A stretch of 64,000 nt of DNA from Fimbriosthenelais zetlandica (taxonomy: Eukaryota): NCBI GenBank assembly GCA_977030845.1, contig OZ365114.1, positions 15,686,001-15,750,000 on the forward strand, in the 5' to 3' direction. The translations under genes and the position numbers were made by a program. The notes below the pieces were generated by a model. It had not been told where the DNA came from, searched no databases, and saw only the letters and a list, made by a program, of their open reading frames with translations. Positions 26,501 to 41,000 of this stretch are shown in pieces; the first letter of the stretch is position 1; each line of letters starts with the position of its first letter.

Positions 26501-29500
26501 TCCGGTTCTTCTAAGGTGCAATGACGTTCACCATGGCCTTGGCTTTCACACACGATGGACCACAAATGATTTTGTCCCGATCTATATATCTTGTTTTTTT
26601 GTTTATTAATTATTATTTTCAAAAAGTAATGTTTTTTAAGGAATATCATTATCTAAAGACAATGTTAAATCGCAGATGAGTTTGCATGATAAAGAGACAG
26701 TAAAATACGCTGTACGTCCACATGCTGCCTTATAGCGCGCGCTATGCAAGCTGTCTCCACACAGCTCGCTCCCCCAACCAATGAATTTGTAATGAGATAA
26801 GTATTTTATTTGTCAGTTGGCCTGGCCAAGTCCAATTGCGGGAGGCTGAACATCCGTGTCCCATGCCAAAGTAAATCCATTTCTCCCAATGTACATCTAT
26901 CCATAAGCCAAGTGAAAACAAAAGCATGGGGGAATTACTTATACAGAATGCCATCTCACTGGAATAGATAGATGTGAATTATACATTCCATCCATTCTCA
27001 CATAATCTCGCTGTGCCTCATTAAAATTATCTCGTCCCCATACCCATGCAATTTCAGCATTTATGCATGATTTAAACATGTTCTGCTTTTCACTTGGGAG
27101 TGTTATGTACAATCAAAATTTAATAATGTGTAAGAGTATTTCTGGAAAGGTACACAGTAATCGTCAATTAATTATTAAATATGTTTGCTTTTCTCCTCTA
27201 CTCCTGTATTGAGAGTTTCTGGAGCATGATATTGCTCATGAAAAATAACTTGTGGAATACACTTGAATGGTATTCTTATTAAACCACTCCTTGATATTGC
27301 CCAGCTTTCATATAAACATTTTCAAATCAAACTAACTTTTTATAATGGTTTTGGGACCTGAGTCTGTTCAGTAAAGAAAGGCAATGTTACAAATCCTGTG
27401 AGACCTTGTCTTACATGCATGTGACATGCATAACAGACCAAAAAGGAAACTAAGTAATGTCACGGGCTGTCTACTGCTGATTCATTGTGTCACCTTATTA
27501 CCGACACTGGCCCTGATTTCATCTCCAACTAAGGAGACATACATTTCAGCTGAGGCGAGCTCCAAAAATTGGATTGAGGAGGGAAGGGAGGCAAGGGTGT
27601 GGACACAGCACAAAGGCTAACATGTCCAGATTAGGCGCCCATAACACAGTGGTGTATCAAGCAAATGGGATGTGCCCATGCCCATCTGACTTAGCTTGGC
27701 TGCTTCCAACGCCGACTTGTAACAGCCTTTGTCATTTGTTATGCCCGGCGCCTTTCTATAAATTGGTTTCTCACACTGGAGGCTTAGCCAAGGTGATGAC
27801 CAACTGGAATGTAATGCCAGACTAGTCCAGGTATCATGATAGTGTATTTGGACAAAATTTGGCCACAAGAGGTTTTATGTTCTGTCCATTACAAGTTCTC
27901 GCTTATGGACCTCAACCCATTACTTTAAAACATGTTTTAAGTTTTATAGTTTATATCCAAATGTCCCATGGGTGTGTTGCCCCATAAATCCTTTGTAGTT
28001 GTACTGGTGTAATGTTTATCCCTAAATCTGTGTCTATTGACCATTCACTTAATGTCGGCTACACAAGGTTAAATATGTTACAAGGCTCTCTAAAGGTTTC
28101 AAAACAGATGCTGTTTTACGAGAAAAAGAATAATGCTTTTGACATACTTTAGCACTGTAACTTATTATTCCTACCCACAGCTTCAGGTTCATTTCATCCT
28201 GCTTATCAGAAGTTAGTTACCCCTATCAATCTTCCTTATCAGAATCTTCAGTCTGATCACGTATGATGATGTCAGACTTTCCACTCGTAATTGGAACAAG
28301 GGCTCTATATGGGGAGTAGGAGCAGTTGCCACTATCCTGTTTTGATCTTCTAATAGTTCCAGTTGACTCTATCCCACTCGAAGTCAAACAGTTGTGGCGC
28401 CAGAAGTGCCCAGTGGCAGTGGTCGTGTGTACTTGCCAATGTGTACAGAGCCTGAATGGCATGGAGATGGGGACCTGGAAGCTGGTGAAACAGTTCTCAG
28501 GGATATACCCAGCCCAAACACGAACTAATAGAAAGTACATGTCCCTCATACTTCATTTGAGATCATTGCTAAGTGTGAAAACGTGCTGGTTACGGTTGTA
28601 TGATTGGGGACCTGTATGCAGAAGTATTTACCTAGAATTGGTGATCGGAATGAAATTACCATCAAGCATGTGTGGGGTCAGCTTCGCAAAACATCAGCTA
28701 CAGGTTTCCCTTGTTTGCAATAACAAGAGGTATAAATGGGAAAGAGTTGCGTTATTCAATTCTCAGAACCCTGTATTGTGTTTAGGCTATACTCATCTTA
28801 CTTAAAATCAATACTGTTTCACTGAGCTGGATTCCAATGAATAATAGTATTCATAATACATTTGTAGGTCTATGACAAAGAATACAGAGGTACAGTAACT
28901 GTTAAGATCTGTTAACGTATCCAGATGTTATTGTGCTGGAAGTGATGTAGACCTGCAATTGAAAGGCAGTAATCCTCTCTATTGCTGGTATGTAACTGTT
29001 ATTTATGTGTCAGCAACAAGAAGTACAAGCCTATCCGAGGGTGTATTGATGAAGAGACGTGAGGGACCTGGGTACTCCCAAATGGACACCCCATCAGATA
29101 ACTGACGTCAGAACAGTCTAAGTTATTGTTACGTGACACAGTAGCACCGGGTAAATCCATCATTTGCCCGGAGAGAGGACCGGAACTTCCATAGCCCCAA
29201 CTCATGCCCGAGGTTGCTACGTCACACGTCATTTGCTGCGACGCTGTTGTCAGTTGCTGCGGGACTGATGTTGTTTGATGCAGGATTGCTGCCACCTAGT
29301 GTCAAGTTAATGTCTCACGGCCCGGACTGGGTATAAGTCTATCACATTATAAGCTGGCTGGAGCTGTCCTTGTCGTATGACCCACAGATGAGGCTTTTTG
29401 TTTGTGCTTCAGGGGGAAAAGATGTTGATCCGAAAATACTTCATGACAGGAGGTCTGTTGAATGATCCTCCCCCTTGCTGGGAAAAGAACAATTTGTCTC

Positions 29501-30044
29501 TGTTACGCCAGTAGAAATCTGGTGGCAATTTCCCTGAAAATGTCATCAGTGTTTTTTTACGCTAATCATCATATTCAGCTGACAATGGCATGCCAATGCT
29601 CAAACAGTTCTTCACAAGAACATTGAATTAAGGAAATGGTTAAAAAGAAGAATGGCAAGCAGATTTGGTGTTTTATGTGGTCTTTTCGTATTACTAATTG
29701 CTACAAGTGAGAAAAAGCAGGAGGAACAGAAAACATTAATTTCGGGGATAAAATAACTCACCAAGAGAATCAGATTGGTGCGTAATGAAAAGGAGTTCTG
29801 TGGTTTTTACACTATGTGATTAATAGGACCAGAGTGCATTGCTCCATTGGTTCTTACGGGAGTTATAGAATTGAAGGAATTGGGAAAGCAATTGTCTGGA
29901 CATGCAGAGGAGAGAATGGTATATCAATATAATATATTTTCTGGAGTCCTTTTGTTTTTTATTTCTTTTCTGTATGAAGGTGTCTTTCAAGTTTGCCCAT
30001 GAGCCAGAACCAATTCACACTGAATGAATCTCTGAACTGGGCAA

Positions 30045-30257
30045 GTGGTGGGCCTGAGTGCCAAGCTTCTCCTTGATGCTGCTGACTTTTGGTGGATTGC
30101 CATCAAGGAAGACTTGGCAGGCAGTGGGGCTGCAGACAAGCAAATTGTTTTCATGTTGGACTGGAAGGGGAGGCAAACTGGATTTCATGGCAACATGAAC
30201 AGAACTGCAAGTTCAATACCAGACATCAAGATCGCAAGCTGTGCTGTACTGGGGTGA
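30045..30257 (+). pseudogene. C-type-lectin-like peptide fragment (weak)
   Basis: Track ORF contains DFWWIAI...W...F.GN...P...SCAVL, echoing CTLD WIGL...W...F.NW...P...CAVL. Most other conserved residues are absent. Confidence 0.15.
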
Positions 30258-33200
30258 TGAGGGGAGCATTTGGAAACTAAAGGAGCAAGAGGGATCCGGA
30301 GAAATACAGAGAAAGGTGATAAGCGGATGAAGGAATAAAAGTAGAACTATAAAAGAGGCCATGACCCCATCAAATACAAAATATACCTCTGACATTTAGT
30401 GCAAATGAGTCATCATATTAAAGTGACCAATTGACTCTTCAGCGCAGTTGCTACTTCTGTGACCTGGCACCAAATGTAACCAAAGATATGGCCCGAGAAA
30501 CAGAACAAGAGGGCATACGTCAAGAGGTCGAGGGTCAGAAAAGGCCCTTTCAGGGTAGCCGGAAAATAAGACTTTGGCAAGCCATCCATCAGGACTTAAC
30601 CCAGTTATGAGAGCAACTCGGAGCAGTTGGTGGGGCCAACTGTCCGCTCAGGCAATCACTGATTACCCTAGGTTAAAACCACTCTCTCTGACATGGCATG
30701 TCAAGGCAGGTCCACCAAAGGGCTTTTCACAAGCTTCAGCAGGGTGCAGGCAGTGTCTCTCAATGCTGGAGGTCTTCAGATCCCTTGTATTCTCATATAT
30801 CATGTATCTAAATGACCATACTTGTCTGTCTCTCTATTTCACTATATAAATATTAAAAGGTCTTCTGAAAGGTTCAACTTCTGAATGGTCACGAACCTCG
30901 GATTCTGAGTAAACTACAGTATTCATTAATCTGGGGAGCAGTACTTAAAGTTTCAAATCTATCTTTCTCATGGCTTCACTCCCAGTATTGAAATGCAAGT
31001 CATTCTGAATGCACCTCATATAAAACTAGACAAAGAGGATCGTATTTCTTCCGGGGTGGTCCGTTTCTATCTTCAACTACATCCGAAGGCATTATGGTCT
31101 TCCCAATCTGCATAAACTTTGCATAGTTTCAATTACACTCTGAATCAATGAGCATTTAATGCAGGAGGACAAGTTTCAGTGCCAATTCACTGTGTTGAGC
31201 TGCGGCCTACATGGAAATAGGTAACTTACTGTAGCCTCTGCCAGGCCGGGCTTCAACCCACTGAAGGAAGACGCCTATTAAATCTTCTACCCAAGCCTTC
31301 AAGGTTCACCACACATGTTGAATAGTAAAATGATAGATAGAAAAGGAGTAAATTGTTCTGGATATCTGGCCTTGTGTCTGCTTACCGAGGGGCCTTGTAG
31401 GATGCCCAGGGGGCTAGTCATATCCCAGGGGATGTTGGTGAGAGCCGGACTAGGCTGAGCCCAGTGGACCATAATACAGCAGCGGGTTAGGATGACTATA
31501 AAGTATGAATTACAAGGCCACCTTGACATGGATACACCCTCTTAATCATGTCTGCCTTAGAGATCTATCCCAGAACATTTGATATAGCTCTGGCCTATAT
31601 ATGCAAGAAAAACTTTCATTCAGCAGGGGAATGGGAAGTACAAGTTTAAGATTCGTGTAGCATGTGTGCCTGACAGTTGGCAGCCATTGTTCGATTATCC
31701 AGAAATGATATCCAATTTCTACCCAGTTCTGATAGCTTTTCGTAATATTTTTTGGGCTGTAATAAGGCCACCGAGTACATCATCTCTTGAGGTTCAGGAT
31801 GATTATTGTTACCTCTCTCCTCATATAATTATGTCTATACTGTACAGAGATGCGTCCTGAACTATTCCTAGAAGGTCACTTACGAAGTGAAATTTAGGCT
31901 CTCAATATAGCCTGATCGTTTTTTTTGTAAACGCCATTAATTTGTAAATGTTTGAGTGACCATGAGCTACAGCGAGCCTTGAAGGAAGTATCGACTTACA
32001 TTCTTCCCATACTGACACCTGACTGATCGCATGGTGTATTGTTACAAATTAAAATCTTCACCTCTTGCCTCAGATGTCCAGGCAAGAGCGATTAGTGGTC
32101 AGGCCACATTATGCCTCCATCATCTTACCATGCATAGTGCTGTATGAGGGCAAGAATGGCAAGACTCTCTGCCGATATTAATACCCGCCTCAAATGCTGA
32201 ACTGGCATTTCTTGCCGGAGTAGCTCATACGGTCTGGTTTTTGCGAAGCCGACCAGAAGCTTTTGTGCTTCCCTTCCTATCACTTATCCTTTCACCAAGA
32301 TTGCTTTTGATTTATGCACTTAGGACATTCACTCCCGGCCTGCTTCTGTCTCTTCCTATTCTGTACTGCACATGGCAGTGCTGGACAAAGCCCCTGGCTC
32401 TGTCCTAAATTGACAAATGAAAATAAAAGCCTCAGAAGTCTCAAATGTCTGAGCTGATCTGTTGGAGTGCCAGTACTAGTGTTCATTGGTAAGAACTCTC
32501 ATTTCATTCCCAGCGCATTCCGCACTAATGGCGCCAGTATAAAGCGCCATTTTGCCTTACCCCTGCACAAAGTGTTCCACAATAAAGGCAAAGTGCACTA
32601 TTTTTCACTAGAGCTTTTACGCGTAGAAAAAGTATAAAACGGAAGACCCAATGACTTGAATAGTGATAGCTTCCGAACATAGCTTCTACACTAGGAGATG
32701 GTTGATGCCAGAAAACTTTTTACAAAACTGCTATTTAATAAGACTGTCGCTAGATAAGCATCATAGATGATGAGAGTACAATGCCATCAGAATCGCATAA
32801 GTCCCTGCACTTTCTGATTTTTGGCCCTTTAGAGCTGAAGCTTAGCTCTTCTCATCAGCACCCTGCATTAGCAGTGACAGGAAGTAATATCATGGTTAAC
32901 TTGGTGCTCTAGGAAAATGTCTTATAGGGAGAATTTTATTAGAATTACCAGTCGAGTTTGTCGATATTTTACCACCACTTACACAGCCACAACTAGTCAC
33001 CACGGCAGATAGCGATCTAAATTATGAGCCTGCTTGATGAGAATTGGAATTAGTCCTGCTTCAATCCAATTGTCACGACCAGTAAAAGCATTCAAATCTG
33101 TTTGATTGATATTTAATCATATTAATCATGATTACCCAATTACAGTTTTATAATTAAAACAAAAAGGCATGAGTTTAAATCAATGTTCCTGCCTTGGTTG

Positions 33201-33924
33201 GAACAGTCAGTTTTACATCCTTCAGCGCTATACTTCCGAGGTTGATTAAATGTCCAATTACAGAGTTTGATTTTGACGAATCTTAGTCTATCAACTTGCT
33301 GCGATGAACAAATTTCAAATCATGAATTACTATTTGCTGCCCTCTCCTTTGAAAGCCTTTCATAAATAAAGGTTCTGAGGATCATCCAATTCTTCTTCGA
33401 ACCGTGTATAAAGTGCATTGAGATCATTTCAGGCTTGATTTGTCCACACTGTGTACACCACCACTTCCTGGGTGCCTCAGTTCCTTTGAATGTGTACCTG
33501 TTTCATCAATCGAGTCTCTAGACTCTATCTACCCTGTCTATATCAACAACTGTACCCATGCTAAAGCACGTTTTCATCCCGGTCTTTCCTAGTCAACCAT
33601 AACATCTAGTCTGAAACGGGCTGCCCCTGGCCTTCTCTGGTCCATCTCACTTAATTTCCCTTGTGGCATATCATAGAAGGACAGAGTACCTGTAAGACAT
33701 TAGCTATAACCCCTCAGTGATATCCCAGGCAAGCAAGAACCCCTGACCACAGTCCATGCACTACCCCCTCACTGATCTTCCATTTCAACCACCCGGTCAT
33801 CACCAACCAACACAGAGCCAGTACCGAATCACAAATATTCTTGAGGAAGTGCCTCCCAGATGATACATATTGAAAGCCTGGCTCTCTTTTACCAAGTAGG
33901 ATGGTGCGATGGAGGACAGGGTTT

Positions 33925-33947
33925 AAAATGGCCACTTCCGCATGCGT
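33925..33947 (+). promoter_or_regulatory. Abutting YY1 / ETS / NRF1-like motifs
   Basis: AAAATGGC (33925-33932), CACTTCCG (33933-33940) and CGCATGCG (33939-33946) are contiguous or overlapping. Confidence 0.25.
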
Positions 33948-34960
33948 AGAACAGGGAAATGAGCGTTTGCGCCTGTTGATGATGACCGGAGTTTGACATT
34001 TGGACATTTCCCCGTGGGACTTTTAATGCTCTGTGTCGGCAGTTTGCCTGTCGAGGTTACATTTCACGGTAGAAAGAGTCTGGGTTGGGCATCGAGGTGG
34101 AGGTACAGAGAAGGAAAAGCTTATCTGCCTTCCCGACATAGTCACCATCTCTATTGCTCTAAATTTTCTGACTGGGGAGTCTCAAATTGAAAATGTGTAA
34201 CTTTGGCGTGGCTCTAATCTGTGAATTTGCTTTCAGTTTGTAACGTGATCGATTAACTTAGTTGTCAAACAAGCCTGGTCCAGCCTCACTAGATTATGAA
34301 TCTGTGCCGTCTATAGGATGATGACAAGATGGATGCGCGGGTCTGATATCCTATAAAGGTTTTTCTGGTGCTATCTATCCCCTGTGAGAGGATATCCTAT
34401 CAAAGGTGGAGAGGCCGGATTCATGCCTTATTAGACTAGGAGACTGACATAATGCTAATGAAAAGAGCTTGCATTCGTCAGATTTCAGACTAGATTTCAT
34501 TATGACCAGACTTGTTTCAGCACACTGTTGTACAACCATTGGCTAAAACATTATTGTACAACGACCTATCAGTTCTGTGCCAACTACTGTAGGCTATGCT
34601 GCTTTTGAACATTGTTACATTGACAAAACTCAAATTCCTGTCAGTTTCATTACACATAGGCCTACTTTCACTTGGAAACACTGTTGCATCAGACACCATT
34701 CAGATGGAAAGTTTCTTCATAATTTTGAATCCTGTGTTGGTGAAGGCATCTTTAATGGATTTTGTTTCACGCCTTGTTAAGTCTAGCTTTTAATGTGGAA
34801 CGGCAGTGGATTAGGAACACGTTTGCAGTCGCCATCTTCATATTTCACCAGATTCATACCCCCTCCATCTGGACCTCTATAGATACAAGCCATTTCGCAT
34901 TTGCCTCAACACTTATCACATATATTGATCGCGTCATTGATTGCGAGTTAAGGTTAAACG

Positions 34961-35049
34961 GGACTTTTTCATATACGCTTGGAAAGTACAGAACATGTTC
35001 TCAAGTCCGAGTACAGAACATGTTCTGTACTTTCCTTAATGTAAAGTCC
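34961..35049. repeat. Nested palindrome / inverted-repeat cassette, probably part of a MITE
   Basis: Perfect 22-bp palindrome AGTACAGAACATGTTCTGTACT (35010-35031). Its first 17 bp are duplicated at 34985-35001. GGAAAGTACAGAACA (34981-34995) pairs with TGTTCTGTACTTTCC (35021-35035). Outer GGACTTT (34961-34967) pairs with AAAGTCC (35043-35049). Confidence 0.9.
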
Positions 35050-38000
35050 TTAATGCAGTCATCAGTTGCTCAATGTTAACCATGCGTCGGTGCTGCCTTT
35101 GAAAATTTCAAGGCTCATTCGACACCCTAGGCTATCTGGCCCATTATGGCCTCTACATTGCCTAAGCTTCATTTAGCACTTCTTGCTGGAAATTCTTGTT
35201 GGTGAAAAGGTGAATCACCTATGTACCAGTATACTAGGCTTCCTCTTTGTCAGGCCCCTGACATTTATCATTATCTTAATTTGATAAAAGCTTTAGTTCT
35301 ATTCCCATGTCATAAGGGTGCCTGATATATCTTTTATAAAATGAGAAGATAATTTAAAGGCCATGCTTCTATGTATACGTAATAGGCCTATTCCTCATTA
35401 CATCTATTTTCCATAGATTATGTACGGACATTTTCCCCTCAAGGCTACATTAGAAATTACAAATTATTCATGGAAACAAGATACCTTTACTGTTCTCAAC
35501 ATCTTGCTTGCCTTCCTTGAATTAGATCCAAAACTGGAATAAAAATGGCAGATAATTCTAGATAAATGTCCAAGGTCCCATAGCCTTGTAGTAATTTATT
35601 AAGGTAAATCTATTTCAAGAGTATCGCTATGAGAACATACACCTTGCTTCTCATGAATGATGGACGATGCATGGATGGATGATGTTTGTATCTTCTGCTA
35701 CCCACAACCGAGGCATGTATATGTCCACAACTTTGCAGTGTTACAGAAATATAGCAAGAGCAACTACTACACTGAGTCAGAAAGTACTTAATGCATCTCA
35801 TTATTGTATATAACTTTCTGTATGCTACTTTCTTTCAGCTCAAAGAACTTTTTACATTTTAGAAAAATTCGTTCTGAGTATCTATCAATATAATCGTGAC
35901 AAGTGATTTTATTCAGCATGAAATACGTTCTTTGAGCATGCCTGAAGCTTATCGTCATGAAAACTGACGGATTCATTTGAAGAGAGCTTTCCATAACATC
36001 CCGACATCAACATGCAATGCTTTGTCATGAAATAAGAAGCTACTTCAAAATATCTTATAAATAGCTCCCTACCCGAAGCATAGATGATTTATCAAATTTT
36101 TAATAAATTCCTGGCATGGTGCCCGTTATCTGTTCATCATCTGAACATTTTTCATTTGGTTATTTATATAATCTTAATTCAAAAAGTTTGAATTGCTTGT
36201 CCAGAATTAAACAGATTTAAAATTATACGCTCTTCAAGATCAAACTTCGGGCCCAGCCTTTTTTTTCTCAGTGGCAAATCTACATACACCGGGGATTGCT
36301 ATTGTGCCATGTAGTGTGGCCTTATAAGTGGTTAGTGCAAAAAGCCAGGCTGGGGTTAGTTGTGTTGGAGAGAGGGTGCCACGTCCCCCTCTATGCTGAC
36401 CTTTTCAGTGTAAAAGGATGCTCTACCTATTTCACATTTGCTGAGTGTCTTTCAATTTCCACTGTTTCCGGCCAAATTCCCGATCATTTATTGGCAGACT
36501 TGGACGGACCATTGGCTTGAAAAGGTCATGGGTAATCTTGACTCACCACAAATTTTCTCACTTTTTAATTGCCTTTCCCGCTCTCATTGCAATTCCAAAT
36601 GAGAGAGGAAATGTTGGAAATCTCCAGATGGCCATATTGTCCACTGTGCAATTAATAAAGTTTTATTGCTTCCTGGGAAATTATAAAAGGGCAGACGATT
36701 ACAGTCCGGTCCAGATTGCAAGGAAATAATATTTTTTTGCTTTTTGTTGTCGAAGGTATTATCGAACTAATTTGAAATGTATTACAATCTGGCAATATTT
36801 GTCATATGCAGTTTTGTGTACGTATTATGGGGATTGGACAGAAATGAACTGCCTGGATGCAACGCCAATAAACCTGTTTGAGTCCTAGGGATTATTTCCA
36901 TTAGACTTGCATTGCTTTCCTAATCGTCCCCGTATGCTTCATGATGAGAATTTTTTCCCCTATTCCTATTCGAGTTGGACCCATCCCTGATTTGGCCAGC
37001 CTGACAGAAGTTGTAAAGGCTTTCTGTGAATGATTCGATTTTTCTCCACATGTACAAATCACTAGCTTTCTTTCTCTGTCAGATTTACATTTTTCTCCCT
37101 AAGTTAGTTTAGCCTCCATCCAATGGATCCTAATCAGTTGGCAGTGAAACGAGGAGAGAAAACAACACCCTCAGTGGGTGCAAACAAAGGAAACACAAAT
37201 TGAAATAACACGGAGCAAGTTCTAACACAATTATAATGGCCTTCTCTAATGAGCCCCTATCAAAGCAATGAGACTTTCTACTGTTCAGGCAACAAGTCAT
37301 AAACCCCAAGCCTATTGTCTTCCGAGGCCACAGCTGAAGTGGATTAAGGAGACCGTCTTCCATTTGCCCTCTCCACATTACACAGCAATTGGAGACGAAG
37401 TTGGAAATGAAGATGAAGGAATTGTTTAACATGATAAGTTAGTTCTAGGTTTTCAATTAGTGAAGACTAAGTGCTGCAGGGGCTCTCTATGGCCACCTAT
37501 CATTATGGCCTCCACTTGCAGCTTGATTTATCGCTGACTTAAGGGATTTTATGATCTGCTCACTCTGTAGTTGCCAATGGTTGGCGCTGGGAGCAAGTCT
37601 TGTTCCGGCTATTTGATGACACCGTAAATCTAGCCAAATATATGGTTACCCTCCCTGTGCTGACCATTTCCTTAAGTTGAAAAAGCAAAATCAGAGACTG
37701 CCTCCCTAGTAAATGCCAGGGTCTTGCGCTAGTGAAAGCACATGAATCAATTCCACCATGTCCCTTTTAGCACTTCCCTTTATACAAGTGGTGTATAGAA
37801 TCTACAGGTATTGGATGCAATCCATTACTCGGAGCATATATGCTACAGTCGTTAATTAGCGAATGAATGTCCAAGGCCGAATTTTATAGTAAAAATAAAC
37901 TGAATAGATGAAAATAAGGCGGTACTAAAGGGTTCGGAAAGGTATGCTGAAATGGAAGCAGATGGCATAGCTCGGGTAAAATGATATTTCAAGTAAAATG

Positions 38001-41000
38001 TATGACATATCAAGGAAGCCATACTTATCAAAAGAAACATGTCTGCTGTGGCACAATGTGCACAGCTCATATTATGTGATGACCCACGTGATTTAAAGAT
38101 ACATGACAGTTGTCCTCTGTTCATTCTCACGGGACTATAAATACATGAATATGGCACATATGGAAATAGCTCCCTGTAATGTAAACCAAGCTTTGCCCAC
38201 AACACAATATGATGCATGTCACTAGGCCATTCAAAATGGAACACATAAAATGCTGAAGATGCCATTTTGTGTCAGGGCAATTGACAGATATCTTAGATGG
38301 CAACGTCCTGGAGGAACTCACATGATCTCTGTAGCTAAAAGGGTCATAAAAATAGCACTCATTTCATGGGTAAAAGTTAGGCCTATGCATTCCCCTTGCT
38401 TGAAGGTGAGCGGGAGGGGGTTATTTTAGGGGGGAGTGAACCTTGGTAAGTAATAGCCAGAAAACAAGGGCAATGAAAGCAATAAATAGAAAGATCAAAA
38501 GAGGAACAATGGAGGTAGAAGTAACATTCGCCTAAAGCTGTTCGAAATACATCAAAGCCTCAGAAGGCAACATTGGCTTAACATTAAAATATTATTTCAC
38601 AGTTTTTCCGTCATAGGAGCAATTGAATAACGTACATTTCCTCTACGTTCCTCTTGAATCTGATTTCCTTAACTCTATGCTATCCAGAGTCGATCTGGAC
38701 CTCAAAGCCATTACCGAGCAATCCGTCTCTGACTTCTTGCTGACAATGCAGAGTCCCTTTCTCTCCCTTTTCCTGTTTCCATCATTTGTCAAACTAACAG
38801 ATCAGATTTTAGTGCAGGGCGTAACATACGGAGGTGGTACTCTAATTTACATGCCATTCATCATTTAATTGCTGTTAGTTACATGACATCAGTTGTCTCC
38901 CATGATGTATTGGAATCCATGTATTTCACCGCTGAATTAAAAACCTCTTTTCAAACCGTCATGTTAAATTTATGCCAGTCTGTGGAATTGTCTAGAGCGA
39001 CAAATAGGATAAAACCACTACTACCGTTCACTCTGTCACTAAAAGCTATGTAGATAAAAGCTCTTTGGGGCTGAGAAATCCTTTAGAAGAGCAATTGAAT
39101 AATATATTTGAATATTATATTATAATATAATATAGCATAACCTATATGATTATTATTAGGTCGATTAATCATGCTTTGACAATTAAGCTCCGTACAGCAA
39201 AATATCCAATGTAAAAGTAGACCCAGGACGACAGACAACCCAGGAAAAGAAAGCTGAATTTTGTACATTAGTGTTTTAAAGACCAGACGGTGACAAATGG
39301 CTTAGCTCCTGCCTAACCGGACCCTTGATTAATGGCTGCGCTGATAGATGACTAGTGTGCTCCTGAGCCAGCAGGGGTGGAACGATGTAGAGCTATTAGC
39401 ATCCTGTGTTACATAGGACTATAATCAAGACTTTCTACACGGCTTCTTCATGATTAAGGCTGCACATTTGGCAATTCCCTCTGTAAATAGCATCCGCCTT
39501 ATAAATACAGCAGGTTCACTCTTTTTCCCCTCCATCAATTATCTCTTATCGAAGTCTTTTGTGCTGACGTCTTTCACGCTGCTAAATATTACAAGCAAGA
39601 TACATATATTCGTTTGAATGCGTTTATGTACATACATGCATTGTTCTGGAAAGCATAAAGTTTATAATTATGACCAATCTTCATGCAGGGATAATGTCGG
39701 CTATCCAAAAAGATGTTCCATCCATGTGGTCTGATATTTCTTCCTTGGGGGTACTTATTGTCAGAGTGAGATTGAGATTCTGTGTCAAATTTTCCAAGTT
39801 ATGCCTTTCATTAACCTAAATCTCAAGTTATAATCAACTCTACCATGCCTTTCAACTTCCTGACGTTATAAAGTTACATGTCATTCGACCCCAATCCCTG
39901 CCAGCCATGTCTGGCCCAGTACATCCTCCTCCAAGCAATGCGGATGTGGACATACCCTATATTGAAAGTAAATTTAGAAAATACTACTTTAAGAACTCCC
40001 GGCATTGCACTGGTGGCAATTCCATCTGAAAGCTTTTCTCGGAGGAGTAATTTTGGGGTAGGAAGTAGAGAGAAGAAGCAAAATTTAATGGATTCTGTCT
40101 CCTTTTTATGTATTTTGTCTGGGTGCTTTTCTTATTGCTTGAACTTCTGAAAAGAACATTTTTTTGGGAACGTGCTTTGATTAGTCAGAAGAAGGGGATA
40201 AGGACAAATGAAAAAGCTATAACTGGGCATTAAGCAATCTAAAGGAATATTTCTCCTTTGTTGTATTATTGACCCGTTATATTAGAACATGCAAATTCAG
40301 CTTTTCTGAATAAAGGGTACAGTATTGATTGATGTTTCATTGAAGAAGCAACCATTGCCGTCCAATTCTGGCACCCTGACCCATGTATGACAAGAACCAG
40401 AACACAAAGGGAGAGAAGGTATACATATACTTCATACATTGTGTATAGGCTATGTTGTCCATGCAAAGGAAATCAATATATCCCCTGAGGGATACAAAAG
40501 TGTACACATTCCCTTCCAAACCCATTAAGCGACAATGTGCATCTTAGGCAAGAGCAAGGGAGCACAGAAACCCGGAAGACATTCGATGGAGACCCTCTTA
40601 ATGTGAGGGCATCTGAAGTTCCCCCCTCTTAATTTCTTATGGCAATTGATTTATGAACCCTGGTGCTTTTTTTCTAGCAGGGCTGGACCAAGACATGTGG
40701 GTGTTTGGGGGGTTATTGGTGGTGAGAAGGAATGCCCCGGGCATCCCTATGGTCTTCAATTCCTCCATTGCAGTAAATGCTTGTGACAGATGATTATATT
40801 GAATCTGCGTTTTATTCAACCAATGTTTTTTTAGCCCTGAAAGGGACTCCAGTTGTCATTATGGTTTAATGACCGATCTGACCGAGATTGTAAAAGGTTT
40901 AATGATAAATCAATGACAATGATTAAGTTTCTTTTCAGTTACCTCCTTAAGCAACCTTGGCTAAAATCAAATATATAGTGTTAATCCCCATTGTCGGCAT

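Noticed and set aside
28326-28805. Longest ORF (159 aa) as a gene
   Set aside because: No recognisable domain, random-looking composition, and an overlapping antisense ORF; consistent with chance.
28999-29295. SRCR-domain-like WGYGSSGP...LDCS
   Set aside because: Conserved cysteine spacing is not met and there are no exon boundaries.
34991-35025. p53 response element (two GAACATGTTC decamers)
   Set aside because: The spacer is 15 bp, beyond the canonical 0-13; better explained by the palindrome duplication.
19785-40232. Shared 15-mer TATAACTGGGCATTA at 19785-19799 and 40218-40232
   Set aside because: A few exact 15-mer pairs are expected by chance in 64 kb, and the flanks do not align.
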